This document shows positions 1 through 12,940 of a DNA stretch of 64,000 nt, in pieces. Position 1 is the stretch's first letter; every line of letters starts with the position of its first letter. The notes beneath the pieces were generated by a model. It was not told the origin of the DNA, made no database searches, and saw only the letters and a list, made by a program, of their open reading frames with translations. The position numbers and the translations under genes are program-made. The stretch comes from Macrostomum lignano (lineage: Eukaryota): assembly GCA_002269645.1 (NCBI GenBank), contig NIVC01003567.1, forward strand, positions 26,928-90,927, written 5' to 3'.

Positions 1-417
1 TGCTTCTCTTGATATAGTTCAGCTTAGCTTCACTGCTGGCCGCAGCTAAAGCAATTTTAATTTGCCTGATAGCAGAGAAGACTTGAAAAAGCCATGGAAC
101 AATACTTTTAAGCGAGCCCCTCAGATTTTTTGCCATGAATTGGCTCGTTTCGCGTCCCGAGGGTTTTAGTTGTCCCTGGCTGTTTACATAGAAATGAAAA
201 GTCGAATCGTTTTAAAAGATCTATTTTGTGCAGAAGAATTTTGTAAAATATTCCTTTGTATTCTCATATGTGATTTATTTTAGGATAAATATTTTATCGA
301 ATAACATCAGAGCAGTTGTTGTGTTGCTATAAGCATCTCAGTAGTCTTTTCTCTATAGCCGTGATGGCCTTGTGGGAATCGCGGTTATGATACTCGGCTT
401 GATTTCTGAGCTGCTCA

Positions 418-3400
418 TCACTGGGTGCTTGGAGCCGCCGGTGACGGAGCCACTTTGCCCAATTTGCCTGACTTTGGAGATCTCAGAATTATGGCAGCTC
501 CCAGCACCAGCAACAGCTGAAAATGGCAGGCGAAAACTCGATCATTTTGTTCGAAATTTGATCCTTGGGTAGAGGGTCAGAGGCTCTCTACATTGGGGTA
601 AGAGGGTTAGAGGCTGTGTACATTGGGGTAGAGGGTCAGAGGCTGTGTAAATTGGGGTAAGAGGGTTAGAGGCTGTGTACATTGGGGTAAGAGGGTTAGA
701 GGCTGTGTACATTGGGGTAAGAGGGTTAGAGGCTGTGTACATTGGGGTAGAGGGTCAGAGGCTGTGTAAATTGGGGTAAGAGGGTTAGAGGCTGTGTACA
801 TTGGGGTAAGAGGGTTAGAGGCTGTGTACATTGGGGTAGAGGGTCAGAGGCTGTGTACAGTGGAATAAAGGGTCAGAGGTTGTACATTGGCGCAGGGGGT
901 CAGACACAATGTCTATGGATATATGTGTACTCAACTATAATAAAATGATAAAATGTCACCTCCGTGAGCAGAATGCACACAATGCCGATGACAAAAGCCT
1001 TGAAGTTCAGCATTGATTCCAGCTTAGTGATTAATTTGTCATGGCAACCAGTCTGATACCAGCTGGTCACGGAGTTGGTGTTATTATAACTGCAATAGTT
1101 GTCAATCTGCTCCATGCTGGTCAGGTTGAACTTGCAGCAGGTGATCGGGTAGGTTATGTCTGCGGGTGATGGAAATTCAGGCAGAATCGAGTGGCAGATT
1201 CAAGAGCGACAGATTCAGACGTGGCAGATTCAGAAGTGGCAGATTCAATGAGTGGCAGATTCAATGAGTGGCAGATTCAATGAGTGGCAGATTCAATGAG
1301 TGGCAGATTCAATGAGTGGCAGATTCAATGAGTGGCAGATTCAATGAGTGGCAGATTCAAGAGCGACAGATTCATATTCATAAGTGGCAGATTCAGGAGC
1401 GACAGATTCATATTCATAAGTGGCAGATTCAGGAGTGGCAGATTCGGGAGTGGCAGATTCAGGAGTGGCAGATTCAGGAGTGGCAGATTCAATGAGTGGC
1501 AGAATCAGGAGTGGCAGATTCAGGAGTGGCAGATTCATGAGCGACAGATTCAGAAGTGGCAGATTCAGAAGTGGCAGATACAGAAGTGGCAGATTCACGA
1601 GCGGCAGATTCCGATCTCACTGTAGGTGAAGTTCCCCGAGCTGGTCTTCAGCGTGTACTCTCTGTTCCAGTTGGAACTCAGCGAGTAGAAGTCGGTCCCG
1701 TTGGTGACCCCGCAGCAGCCGACAAAGATCTGCATCAGGTTTATGAGCAGCGACTCCAGATTTGAGCAGTCGATGCCGGTGAATTTGGTCAGAGTGTACT
1801 CCATTCCGGCCTTTGCCCACTGCCTCACCTGCGGGTGCGTAGGGCGTGAGGCTGTAAATGGTGTCTCTGTGAAGGTGTACATGGTGTCTATGAGGGTGTA
1901 CAGGGTGTCTCTGTGAGGGTGTACATGGTGTCTATGAGGGTGTACAGGGTGTCTCTGTGAGGGTGTACACGGTGTCTCTGTGAGGGTGTACAGGGTGTCT
2001 CTGTGAGGGTGTACATGGTGTCTCTGTGAGGGTGTACATGGTGTCTCTGTGAGGGTGTACAGGGTGTCTCTGTGAGGGTGTACAGGGTGTCTCTGTGAGG
2101 GTGTACATGGTGTCTCTGTGAGGGTGTACATGGTGTCTCTGTGAGGGTGTACAGGGTGTCTCTGTGAGGGTGTACAGGGTGTCTCTGTGAGGGTGTACAT
2201 GGTGTCTCTGTGAGGGTGTACAGGGTGTCTCTGTGAGGGTGTACATGGTGTCTATGAGGGTGTACAGGGTGTCTCTGTGAGGGTGTACATGGTGTCTCTG
2301 TGAGGGTGTACATGGTGTCTCTGTGAGGGTGTACAGGGTGTCTCTGTGAGGGTGTACATGGTGTCTCTGTGAGGGTGTACAGGGTGTCTCTGTGAGGGTG
2401 TACAGGGTGTCTCTGAGGGTGCAGAGGGTGTCTCTGAGGTTACTTGGTGTAAGCGAAAGCTTTGAGGTGGGCATGCTCGTGTTGCAAAATAGTTTAATTA
2501 TTACGGAAAAAGTCTGAGTAGTTGTTACCTGAGCACCATTTGTAAATGAATACAGCAGAGCCACGTTTTGAACGGTGAATATGAGGACCACCAGGACAAT
2601 GTACTGCGATTGCAAGTGCGTTGGTTCGACACTAAATATAGAATCTAACTACTTTAAATCAAGGGATTCACACAGGTCAACAAGGATCAACAGAGGTTAA
2701 CCGGTATCGATACAGGTCAACAGGGATCAACAGAGGTCAACGGGGATCAACAGAGATCAACGGGGATCAAAACAGGTGTCGACGGGGATCAAAACAGGTG
2801 TCAACGGGGATCAACAGAGGTCAACAGGGATCAACAGAGGTCAACGGGGGTCACCAGAGGTCAATAGGGATCAGCAGAGGTCAACCGGTATCGATACAGG
2901 TCAACAGGGATCAACAGAGATCAACGGGGATCAACAGAGATCAACGGGGATCAACAGAGGTCAACGGGGATCAACAGAGATCAACGGGGATCAACAGAGG
3001 ACAATAGGGATCCACAGAGGTCAACCGGTATCGATACAGGTCAACAGGGATCAACAGAGATCAACGGGGATCAACAGAGATCAACGGGGATCAACAGAGG
3101 TCAACGGGGATCAACAGAGATCAACGGGGATCAACAGAGGACAATAGGGATCCACAGAGGTCAACCGGTATCGATACAGGCAACAGGGATCAACAGAGGT
3201 CAACGGGGATCAACAGAGGTCAACAGGGATCAACAGAGGTCAACGGGGATCAACAGAGGTCAACAGGGATCAACAGAGATCAACAGAGGTCAACAGGGAT
3301 CAACAGAGGTCAACCGGTATCGATACAGGTCAACAGGGATCAACAGAGGTCAACGGGGGTCACCAGAGGTCGCCGCAGCCTCACCGCAATCAGCGGCTTC

Positions 3401-4713
3401 TTTCGCTTCTTCCTGCAGCAGCAGACCGGGCAGCAGCCGAAGCAGGCGGTCACCATGGCAACCAGACCCAGGGCCAGGCAAGCCGCCCCAGCCGGCATCG
3501 TCAAGGACGCCAGGTTGCTAAGGAGTTGCCGGGCGTCAATGTCGGACGAGCCGAGAGCGGAGTTGAGCTGCTGGCTGAGGCCGTCCGCGACCGATAGAGC
3601 TGGCGGGTACAGGGCGACCAGCAGCTGGTAGCCCCACACAAGCAGAACGCCAAGCAGGAGCAGCAATAGGGAGAGCATCTGGTGCGATGGAATTTGATTT
3701 TCCAACTAACGTAAAGTTCACGTTTTCTCCGCTGTTCACATTCACCGATTTTGCGATTTCTCGAATTTCACAATTCTCAGATATCACCTCCCCCGAATAG
3801 CACATTACCCAAATAGCACATTCCCCCAATGCCCCATTCCCCGAATAGCACATTCCCCCAATGCCCCATTCCCCGAATAGCACATTCCCCCAATGCCCCA
3901 TTCCCCGAATAGCACATTCCCAAAATAGCACATTACCCGAATATCCCATTTCCCAAGTATTAGATGCCCTAAATATCCCATTCCCCAAGTATCAGATTCC
4001 CTAAATATCCCGTTCCCCAAGTATCAGATTCCCTAAATATCCCATTCCCCAAGTATCAGATTCCCTAAATATCCCATTCCCCAAGTATCAGATTCCCTAA
4101 ATATCCCATTCCCCAAGTATCAGATTCCCTAAATATCCCATTCCCCAAGTATCAGATTCCCTAAATACCCCGTTCCCCAAGTATCAGATTCCCTAAATAT
4201 CCCATTCCCCAAGTATCAGATTCCCCAAATATCCCATTCCCTAAATATCCCATTCCCCAAATATCCCATTCCCTAAATATCCTATTCCCTAATATCACAT
4301 TCCCCAAATATCCCATTCCCTGAATATCCCATTCCCTAATATCAAATTCCCTAAATATCTCATTCGCCAAGTATCAGATTCCCTAAATATCTCATTCCCC
4401 AATATCAAATTCCCCAAATATCCCATTTCCTAAATATCCCATTCCCTAATATCACATTCCCCAAATATCCCATTCCCTAAGTATCCCATTCCCAAGTATC
4501 CCATTCCTCAAGTATCAGATTCCCCAAAATATCCCATTCCTGTAGTAGCACATTCCCTAAATCCTCAAGATGCTAGAACCCAGCCCCAAGCTGCGCATTC
4601 ACGATGATTCAAAGCTGTTGATGAAGCTGCTGACTCACCATCGCCAGCACGTTGACGACAACCAGAAATACGGTGCAGACATTGTTGCTGCAGATCAGAA
4701 GGCTCGATGGCAT
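418..4713 (-). CDS. Tetraspanin, ~316 aa; exons complement(4639-4713, 3385-3678, 2529-2603, 1621-1828, 960-1159, 418-516)
   Basis: Six phase-consistent GT-AG exons totalling 951 nt. Four hydrophobic segments, juxtamembrane Cys cluster (ACFGCCPVCCCRKKRKK), and large-loop motifs CCG, PITCC and GC. Confidence 0.88.
566..880. repeat. Intronic minisatellite, ~30-bp unit ggggtaagagggttagaggctgtgtacatt
   Basis: Tandem copies read directly; last tetraspanin intron. Confidence 0.95.
1190..1610. repeat. Intronic minisatellite, ~19-20-bp unit gagtggcagattca(at/g)
   Basis: Tandem copies read directly. Confidence 0.95.
1858..2440. repeat. Intronic minisatellite, ~23-bp unit ggtgtctctgtgagggtgtaca(g/t)
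   Basis: Tandem copies read directly. Confidence 0.95.
2665..3370. repeat. Intronic minisatellite, 10/20-bp unit ggatcaacagaggtcaacgg
   Basis: Tandem copies with the recurring variant ccggtatcgatacagg. Confidence 0.95.
3790..4560. repeat. Intronic minisatellite, C-rich graded array (cacattccccgaatag shifting to atcccattccccaagtatcagattccctaaat)
   Basis: Tandem copies read directly. Confidence 0.93.
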
Positions 4714-4944
4714 TACGTGTGCCTTTGATTAACAATTTTTTAAGATGTCAATATATAAAATATAAGTTTGATTCTGAAATCCGTGCGAGTCTCTGAGATT
4801 TGCATGGAGAAGCTGATCCGGGAGCTGATGAATTACCTATAAAGGCATTGTGCTTTAAATCATTCATGACGCGCATCCTGAGCATACGGGATCCGATCCC
4901 TGAGCCAGTGCGCCATGGCTATGGACAGTCCGAAAGGCCTTAAC

Positions 4945-4958
4945 GTCACCATGGCAAC
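4945..4958. promoter_or_regulatory. RFX X-box-like motif GTCACCATGGCAAC, ~230 bp upstream of the tetraspanin ATG
   Basis: Matches the 14-bp X-box consensus GTHNYY-AT-RRNAAC in non-coding upstream DNA. Confidence 0.5.
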
Positions 4959-5388
4959 TGCAGCACTGGTCTAACAATCCACTCACGCATTCAAACAAAA
5001 TTTATTCACCAATCTGTGAAGCTTGTAAAGTTTCCGTGAACTTTTCTGAGCATTTTCATGGCTATATTATCTAAATAATAGAGAGCCAAAAATAGTTCTT
5101 TTTAATCACCATTACGGATACTATACGGTTATATTTATTACACTATACATCTATTTCAGGCAAGTGAAAAAGCTTTGATACACAACTTTGAAAAAACCTT
5201 CAATTTCAACCATCCAATTTCCCACACAAAGCCTTTCGAAAGCATACTATTTCAGCAGAACTTTAAAGCGGCAAAACAAAGAAAAATAACTTTTCGCAAC
5301 CAAAATGCGATTTTTACTACTGCTATTGATTAAAAAAATAAGTAGCATGCTTAGGACATGTTATTTTTCTATTCTATAGAAAAGCGTC

Positions 5389-8300
5389 TCAGAAACCGCA
5401 CGAGTTGCCGACATCTACTGTGGTGTCGTCGCAGGACGGAGTTTCTGCCGGGCTGCCGGGCAGGTCGCAGCTGGGAGGCTGCGGATGCTGGAAGTAGCGG
5501 TGCTGATGAGGCTGCTGCTGCTGATGCTGGTAGGGGTAGTGCGGGTAGCCGACGTGTTGAGGCGGCAGCAGCCACCACGGAGCGGCGGCGGTGGCGGCGG
5601 CGGCGGCGGCAGCGGCCACGCTGGGCCAGGGATACGCGGCCACCGGCTGCTGCTGGCTGGGCGTCAGGCCGCCGCCCTGCTGGTAACCATGGCAACAGCC
5701 GTAGCCGCCAGTCGAGTAATAGCCCGAATGGAAGCCAAACTGAGGCGGTGACTCCGGCGATGCCTCCACGGAGGCGGCCGGCGGCTGCGGATGCGGCGAC
5801 TGCCAGGTCGGCGGCGGCGGCGGCGGCGGTGGCGGATGAGCTGCCGGGAGCTCCGTTGAGGCCGGCGCTGTCTGCTGAACCGCCTTCTCGACTCGGAACT
5901 TCCTGGTGCGCCGGCGCGGCGAGCCCGTGCCGAACATGTCGCCAGCCTGAGGGTGCAGGCGCCAGTAGTGGCCCTTGCTGCCCGCCGGAGCCTTGCCGGC
6001 CTTCTGGAAGCAGTCGTTCAGGCTGAGGTTGTGCCTGACGGAGTTCTGCCAGCGGCGCTGGCTCGCTGTGTCCCGGAAGTAGGCCCAGCGGCTGCGCATG
6101 AAAGCGTAGATCTCGCTGAGGGTCAGCCGGCCTGGGGGAAGATGGCAGGTTGGAGATTGGGCATTTTTTATTATAGGCGGTCGCTGCGACATGCTACTTG
6201 AGTGAAGTAGTGAAGTGTGAACGTATGCGGTAAAATTTTCCATTGTTGATTTGAATTTTTTATCAACCACCCTCTATCTACTATCTCAATCTACCAATCT
6301 ACTATCTCAATCTACCGATCCACCATCTCAACCTACCAATCTACCATCTCAATCTACCAATCTACCATCTCAATGTACCTATCTACCATGTCAATCTACC
6401 CATCTACCATGTCAACCTACCAATCTACCATCTCAATCTACCAATCTACCATGTCAATCTACCCATCTACCATGTCAACCTACCAATCTACCATCTCAAT
6501 CTACCAATCTACCATATCTATCCATCTACTATCTCTATCTACCCATCTATCTCATTCTACCGATCCACCATCTCAATCTACTGATCTACCATCTAAATTT
6601 ACTGATGTACCAACCGATCTATCATATCAATCTACGCATCTACCATGTCAATCTACCTACACACCATCGGGAGTGGTAATCATCAAGCTACCACCCCAAT
6701 CTACCCATCTACCATCTCAATCTACCCTTCTACCAACCCCATCTACCAGCCCAATCTACCATCTACCATCTTAATTTACCCATCTACCATTTCTGTCTGC
6801 CGGCCAATCTATGAAAAAGAAGTCAAAATGTCAAAAGCGCCCCCAACTCACCTTCAGGGGAACTCTTGATCGCCATGCTGATGATTGCCACATAGGACAG
6901 GTCGGGCCGTTGCAGATGCTCCATCAGAGGCTGCTGCAGCTGGGCCTGATTCAGCATTTCAGGATACTGTGGCTGCTGCTGCTGCTCCAACATTGCTGCT
7001 TCGGCCGACGATGGAGCTACTTCGGCGAAGCTGCGAAAGAAAGGGGAAGGTTTGAGAATCAGTTTGCTCAAATTTATAATTGCTCAGATTATGAGCAAGA
7101 TCGAGCTTGAGTAGAGTTTGAGCTCGCTGCTAACTGTATATAAAAAGTGAGAGAGGGCGAGAGGGACTGAGAGAGGGTGAGAGGGACTGAGAGAGGGTGG
7201 AAGGAACTGAGAGAGGGTGAGAGGAACTGAGAGAGGGTGAGAGGAACTGAGAGAGGGTGAGAGGATCTGAGAGAGTGAGAGGAACTGAGAGAGGGTGAGA
7301 GGAACTGAGAGAGGGTGAGAGGAACTGAGAGAGGGTGAGAGGAACTGAGAGAGGGTGAGAGGAACTGAGAGAGAGTGAGAGGAACTGAGAGAGTGAGAGG
7401 AACTGAGAGGGTGAGAGGATCTGAGAGAGGGTGAGAGGAACTGAGAGATGGTGAGAGGAACTGAGAGAGGGTGAGAGGAACTGAGAGAGGGTGAGAGGAA
7501 TTGAGAGATGGTGAGAGGAACTGAGAGAGGGTGAGAGGAACTGAGAGAGGGTGAGAGGAATTGAGAGATGGTGAGAGGAACTGAGAGAGGGTGAGAGGAA
7601 CTGAGAGAGGGTGAGAGGATCTGAGAGAGGGTGAGAGGAACTGAGAGAGGGTGAGAGGAACTGAGAGAGGGTGAGAGGAACTGAGAGAGGGTGAGAGGAA
7701 CTGAGAGAGGGTGAGAGGAACTGAGAGAGGGTGAGAGGAACTGAGAGAGGGTGAGAGGAACTGAGAGAGGGTGAGAGGAACTGAGAGAGGGTGAGAGGAA
7801 CTGAGAGAGGGTGAGAGGAACTGAGAGAGGGTGAGAGGAACTGAGAGAGGGTGAGAGGAACTGAGAGAGGGTGAGAGGAACTGAGAGAGGGTGAGAGGAA
7901 CTGAGAGAGGGTAAGAGGAACTGAGAGAGGGTGAGAGGAACTGAGAGAGGGTGAGAGGGACCTAGAGAGGGTGAGAGGAACTGAGAGAGGGTGAGAAGAA
8001 ACTGAGAGAGGGTGAGAGGAACTGAGAGAGGGTGAGAGGAACTGAGAGAGGGTGAGAGGAACTGAGAGAGGGTGAGAGGAACTGAGAGAGGGTGAGAGGA
8101 ACTGAGAGAGGGTGAGAGGAACTGAGAGAGGGTGAGAGGAATTGAGAGATGGTGAGAGGAACTGAGAGAGGGTGAGAGGAATTGAGAGATGGTGAGAGAA
8201 ACTGAGAGAGGGTGAGAGGAACTGAGAGAGGGTGAGAGGAACTGAGAGAGGGTGAGAGGAACTGAAAGAGGGTGAGAGGAACTGAGAGAGGGTGAGAGGA

Positions 8301-9542
8301 ATTGAGAGATGGTGAGAGGAACTGAGAGAGGGTGAGAGGAACTGAGAGAGGGTGAGAGGAACTGAGAGAGGGTGAGAGGAACTGAGAGAGGGTGAGAGGA
8401 ACTGAGAGAGGTGAGAGGAACTGAGAGAGGGTGAGAGGAACTGAGAGAGGGTGAGAGGAACTGAGAGAGGGTGAGAGGAACTGAGAGAGGGTGAGAGGAA
8501 CTGAGAGAGGGTGAGAGGAACTGAGAAAGGGTGAGAGGAACTGAGAGAGGGTGAGAGGATCTGAGAGAGGGTGAGAGGAACTGAGAGAGGGTGAGAGGAA
8601 CTGAGAGAGGGTGAGAGGATCTGAGAGAGGGTGAGAGGAACTGAGAGAGGGTGAGAGGATCTGAGAGATGGTGAGAGGAACTGAGAGAGGGTGAGAGGAT
8701 CTGAGAGAGACAGTGAGAGGAACTGAGAGAGGGTGAGAGGATCTGAGAGAGGATGAGAGGAACTGAGAGAGGGTGAGAGGATCTGAGAGATGGTGAGAGG
8801 AACTGAGAGAGGTTGAGAGGATCTGAGAGAGGGTGAGAGGATCTGAGAGAGGGTGAGAGGAACTGAGAGAGGGTGAGAGGAACTGAGAAAGGGTGAGAGG
8901 AACTGAGAGAGGGTGAGAGGATCTGAGAGAGGGTGAGAGGATCTGAGAGAGGGTGAGAGGAACTGAGAGAGGGTGAGAGGAACTGAGAGATGGTGAGAGG
9001 AACTGAGAGAGACAGTGAGAAGAACTGAGAGAGACAGTGAGAGGAACTGAGAGAGGGTGAGAGGAACTGAGAGAGGGTGAGAGGATCTGAGAGATGGTGA
9101 GAGGAACTGAGAGAGGGTGAGAGGATCTGAGAGAGGGTGAGAGGATCTGAGAGAGGGTGAGAGGAACTGAGAGAGGTTGGAAGGAACTGAGAGAGGGTGA
9201 GAGGAACTGAGAGAGGGTGAGAGGAACTGAGAGAGACAGTGAGAGGAACTGAGAGAGGGTGGAAGGATCTGAGAGAGGGTGAGAGGAACTGAGAGAGGGT
9301 GAGAGGAACTGAGAGAGGGTGAGAGGAACTGAGAGAGGGTGAGAGGAACTGAGAGAGGGTGAGAGGAACTGAGAGATGGTGAGAGGAACTGAGGAGAGAA
9401 GGCACATATAGACCGGGGGCACATTTAAGAATTATATCGAGACCAGCATGTCATTGAAAAAGTACAAGCCTGCAAATAATATTTAAATAAAATCTGTCAC
9501 AGAGCAGGCAACTCACTTGTGATAGAAGCCTCCGTTGTCCAT
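5389..9542 (-). CDS. Forkhead-box transcription factor, divergent and closest by eye to the FoxA/B-like group; exons complement(9517-9542, 6852-7030, 5389-6131)
   Basis: Forkhead domain QRPDLSYVAIISMAIKSSPEG|RLTLSEIY...WQNSVRHNLSLNDCF...KGHYWRLHP...RRRTRKFR, split by a phase-1 intron. A 26-nt first coding exon (MDNGGFYH-N) joins in phase 2. Subfamily not resolved. Confidence 0.9.
6265..6790. repeat. Intronic minisatellite, atctaccaatctaccatctca-like
   Basis: Tandem copies in the intron that splits the forkhead domain. Confidence 0.92.
7145..9395. repeat. 2.25-kb purine-rich minisatellite, 20-bp unit gagagagggtgagaggaact
   Basis: About 110 tandem copies in Fox intron 1; source of the 486-773 aa artefact ORFs. 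Confidence 0.98.
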
Positions 9543-9660
9543 TCGGTGAGTGAGCTGAGTGCGAGATCCTCAGTAGCTGGAGCAAACCAATGAATACAAA
9601 AATTTGGGCAAAAATTTGGGTAAAAAATCCTAGGCAAGCATGCGCTGCTGCCCGTCGAGT

Positions 9661-9666
9661 TTTATA
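9661..9666 (-). promoter_or_regulatory. TATA box (TATAAA) of the Fox gene, with CCAAT boxes near 9697 and 9722
   Basis: Minus strand reads gtctTATAAAactc ~120 bp upstream of the proposed ATG, in a CpG-rich region. Confidence 0.55.
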
Positions 9667-10249
9667 AGACCGGAGGCACCAGCGTTTGCTCGGCAGCCAA
9701 TGGGGGCAGCTGGGGCGAGGCGATTGGCTGAGGGAGGGCTGCCGGGGGCTGCCGGGGGCTGCTCCATGCCTCGGTCGCAGGGGGGGGGGCGGCGCTAAGT
9801 CCCGGGGGCGATTGCTCGAGCTCGGCTTTGAGTCCGAGTTTAATTCCGTAACAATAGAAGCTCGAGGCAGGGGCGATTTGCAGCAGAATTAAGTGAACAA
9901 TCGGGCCGAGAGAGAGAGGGTTTGGGAAGTCATTTCCAGGGGGATCTCTGCGAGGGAATGGCTGGGATGACGTAATCCAGTGGCAAAATGTGCGAATACT
10001 GTTGGCTTTGAGACTGCCAGTGAGTCAGGACGGACTTGGAGAGAACGCGCGGGATTGAGGGAAAGTCACTGCGAACTCCTGAAGGTGCCAATCGCATGTC
10101 TGCAACTCGGATCGGGCTGCTTCGGAAAGACTGAACATATTGGATGCGATGGAATGAGCTGACTTGACGATTTTAGATTGTTGTTTTGGATGCAAAGTTT
10201 GGAGATTCTAATAGCTCCTAAGTTTGGTTAAAAATGTAATTTGATTCTG

Positions 10250-10870
10250 TAAGTGGCGCCAGATAGATCTTGGGTTTAGCGCCAGATAGATTTTGTGTTT
10301 AGCGCCAGATAGATCTTGTGTTTAGTGTTAGATAATTCTTGCGTTTAGCGCCATGATAGATCTTGTGTTTAGCGCCAGATAGTTCTTGCGTTTAGCGTTA
10401 GATAATTCTTGCGTTTAGCGCCATGATGGATCTGTGTTTAGCGCCATATAGTTCTTGTGTTTAGCGCCAGATAGTTCTTGCGTTTAGCGCCATGATAGAT
10501 CTTGTGTTTAGCGCCAGATAGATCTTGTGTTTAGCGCCAGATAGTTCTTGCGTTTAGCGCCATGATAGATCTTGTGTTTAGCGCCAGATAGATCTTGTGT
10601 TTAGCGCCAGATAGTTCTTGCGTTTAGCGCCATGATAGATCTTGTGTTTAGCGCCAGATAGTTCTTGCGTTTAGCGCCATGATAGATCCTGTGTTTAGCG
10701 CCAGATAGTTCTTGTGTTTAGCGCCAGATAATTCTTGCGTTTAGCGCCACGATGGATCTGTGTTTAGCGCCATATAGTTCTTGTGTTTAGTACCAGATAG
10801 ATCTTGTGTTTAGCGCCAGATTTTTTAGGTGGCGCCAGAATTCCAGATAGATCCTGTGTTTAGCGCCAGA
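10250..10870. repeat. Minisatellite, ~23-bp unit ttagcgccagatagatcttgtgt
   Basis: Tandem copies read directly. Confidence 0.95.
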
Positions 10871-11509
10871 CTTTGTAGGTGGCCTCAGAATGCCAGTTAG
10901 ATCTTGAGAGATGCGCCAGGCAGATCCTACAGGGCGTTACAGGCCCTTTAGGGTCACAAATTGCTGTAGGCTTCAGAGTCCAACATGGGATGAGCAGAGT
11001 CGAAGAAGATTCTGATACCACGTGGACCCCTTCTGCATCTTCAGGTACATTAAACAATTTCTCCCGAGGCAATAAAAACAGATCAAATTTGCGGTGCAAT
11101 CGCAATCACCCATGGCTCGGGCATCAGCTCAAGCGTAAACAACTCAGTAAATAACAGATTCGCTAGAAGTTAATGTGGGCGGAGTCAGTCAGTCAGGGTG
11201 GATCCGACCGAGCCCTAAAGCGTCGAGTTCAGTTTGAATTGTATTGTATTTTCCTTAGCCGTTGTTTGGCCTGTTGCGAATGTAAGGTAGAGCCTGCTGA
11301 CTGCACCGTGTGCTTCTGGATCCGTGTTTATGCAGCCTGTTTATTCATAAACCAGCGCAGCCTTGAGAGAACAGCTGGAGCACATGGCTCTTGGGGTTGG
11401 GGGGAGGGTGCTCGGGGAACTGATCTCGGTTTTGCGCCTTAAGCCCTGATGAGGTGAAAAAATTTTTTTGAGCGCTTGTTGCACTCATGAAATTGGAGTG
11501 ACTTGAGAG

Positions 11510-12030
11510 ATGGAGATTGACAGAGAGGAGAGATAGAGAAGGGAGATGGAGAGGGAGATGCAGAGAAGAGAGATGGAGAGGGAGATGGAGAGCAGATGGA
11601 GAGAAGGGAGAGGGAGATGGAGAGGGAGATTGAGAGGGAGATAAAGAGGGAGATAGAGGGAGATGGGGAGGGAGATGGAGAGCAGATGGAGAGAAGGGAG
11701 ATGGAGATGGAGAGGGAGATGGAGAGGGAGATAGAGGGAGATGGGGAGGGAGATGGAGAGCAGATGGAGAGAAGGGAGATGGAGATGGAGAGGGAGATAA
11801 AGAGGGAGATAGAGGGAGATGGGGAGGGAGATGGAGAGCAGATGGAGAGAAGGGAGATGGAGATGGAGAGGGAGATAAAGAGGGAGATAGAGGGAGATGG
11901 GGAGGGAGATGGAGAGCAGATGGAGAGAAGGGAGATGGAGATTGAGAGGGAGATAAAGATGGAGATAAAGAGGGAGATAGGGAGGGAGATGGAGATGGAG
12001 AGGGAGATAGAGAGGGGAGACAGAGGGGGA
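11510..12030. repeat. Purine-rich minisatellite, ~60-bp higher-order unit
   Basis: Repeated ggagcagatggagagaagggagatgg... block. Confidence 0.92.
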
Positions 12031-12351
12031 ACTTGAGATGCAGACGCGGAGACGGACAGTGCATTCCTGTGCTGGAACAAGGCGTGATGGCTGCATTTCA
12101 GAGCCGTGAATCAAAGTACAAATTTACCAGATTTGGGGCTGGTCGTGCGCGCACAGAGCGCACTGAACACAGCAGCGGAGGCCGTCCCAGCAGCCATGGG
12201 TATCAGATGACAGTTCATCCTGTGCATGGGCGTTTAAAACGGCATGCACAGGAAAGTGGATCCGTGCTTGCATATCACGGGCTGCATGCGTCTGCTTCTG
12301 TGTGGAAAAAATAGCTAGGAAAAACTAAAACTAATTCATGCGTATAGCTGC

Positions 12352-12940
12352 AAGGGGCGGGTCTGGAATGGATTAGGGGCGGGTCTGGAATTGATTAGGG
12401 GCGGGTCTGGAATTGATTAGGGGCGGGTCTGGAATGGATTAGGGGCGGGTCTGGAATGGATTAGGGGCGGGTCTGGAATGGATTAGGGGCGGGTCTGGAA
12501 TGGATTAGGAGCGGGTCTGGGTCTGGATTAGGAGAGGCTCTAGAATGGATTAGGGGAGGGTCTGGAATGGATTAGGGGAGCGTCTGGAATGGATTAGGGA
12601 TGGGTCTGGAATGGATTAGGAGAGGGTCTGGAACGGATTAGGGATGGGTCTGGAATGGATTAGGGATGGGTCTGGAATGGATTAGAAGAGGGTCTGGAAT
12701 GGATTAGGGATGGGTCTGGAATGGATTAGGAGAGGGTCTGGAATGGATTAGGAGAGGGTCTGGAACGGATTAGGGATGGGTCTGGAATGGATTAGGGGAG
12801 GGTTTGGAATGGATTAGGGATGGGTCTGGAATGGATTAGGAGAGGGTCTGGAATGGATTAGGAGATGGTCTGGAATGGATTAGGGATGGGTCTGGAATGG
12901 ATTAGGGGAGGGTTTGGAATGGATTAGAGATGGGTCTGTA
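12352..12940. repeat. Minisatellite, ~22-bp unit ggggcgggtctggaatggatta
   Basis: Tandem copies read directly. Confidence 0.95.

Noticed and set aside
7084-9424. 486-773 aa minus-strand ORFs rich in S/L/P
   Set aside because: Translations of a stop-free 20-bp minisatellite strand; same for ORFs at 1595-2615, 11345-12114, 13096-13926, 14253-15282, 39828-40611, 41867-42942, 51238-52005, 53351-54063, 59243-60105 and 61451-62123.
11445-11495. Hammerhead ribozyme core (CTGATGAG...GAAA); also CTGATGA at 4825
   Set aside because: Stem II and GAAA are not in the required register and no stems I/III were found.
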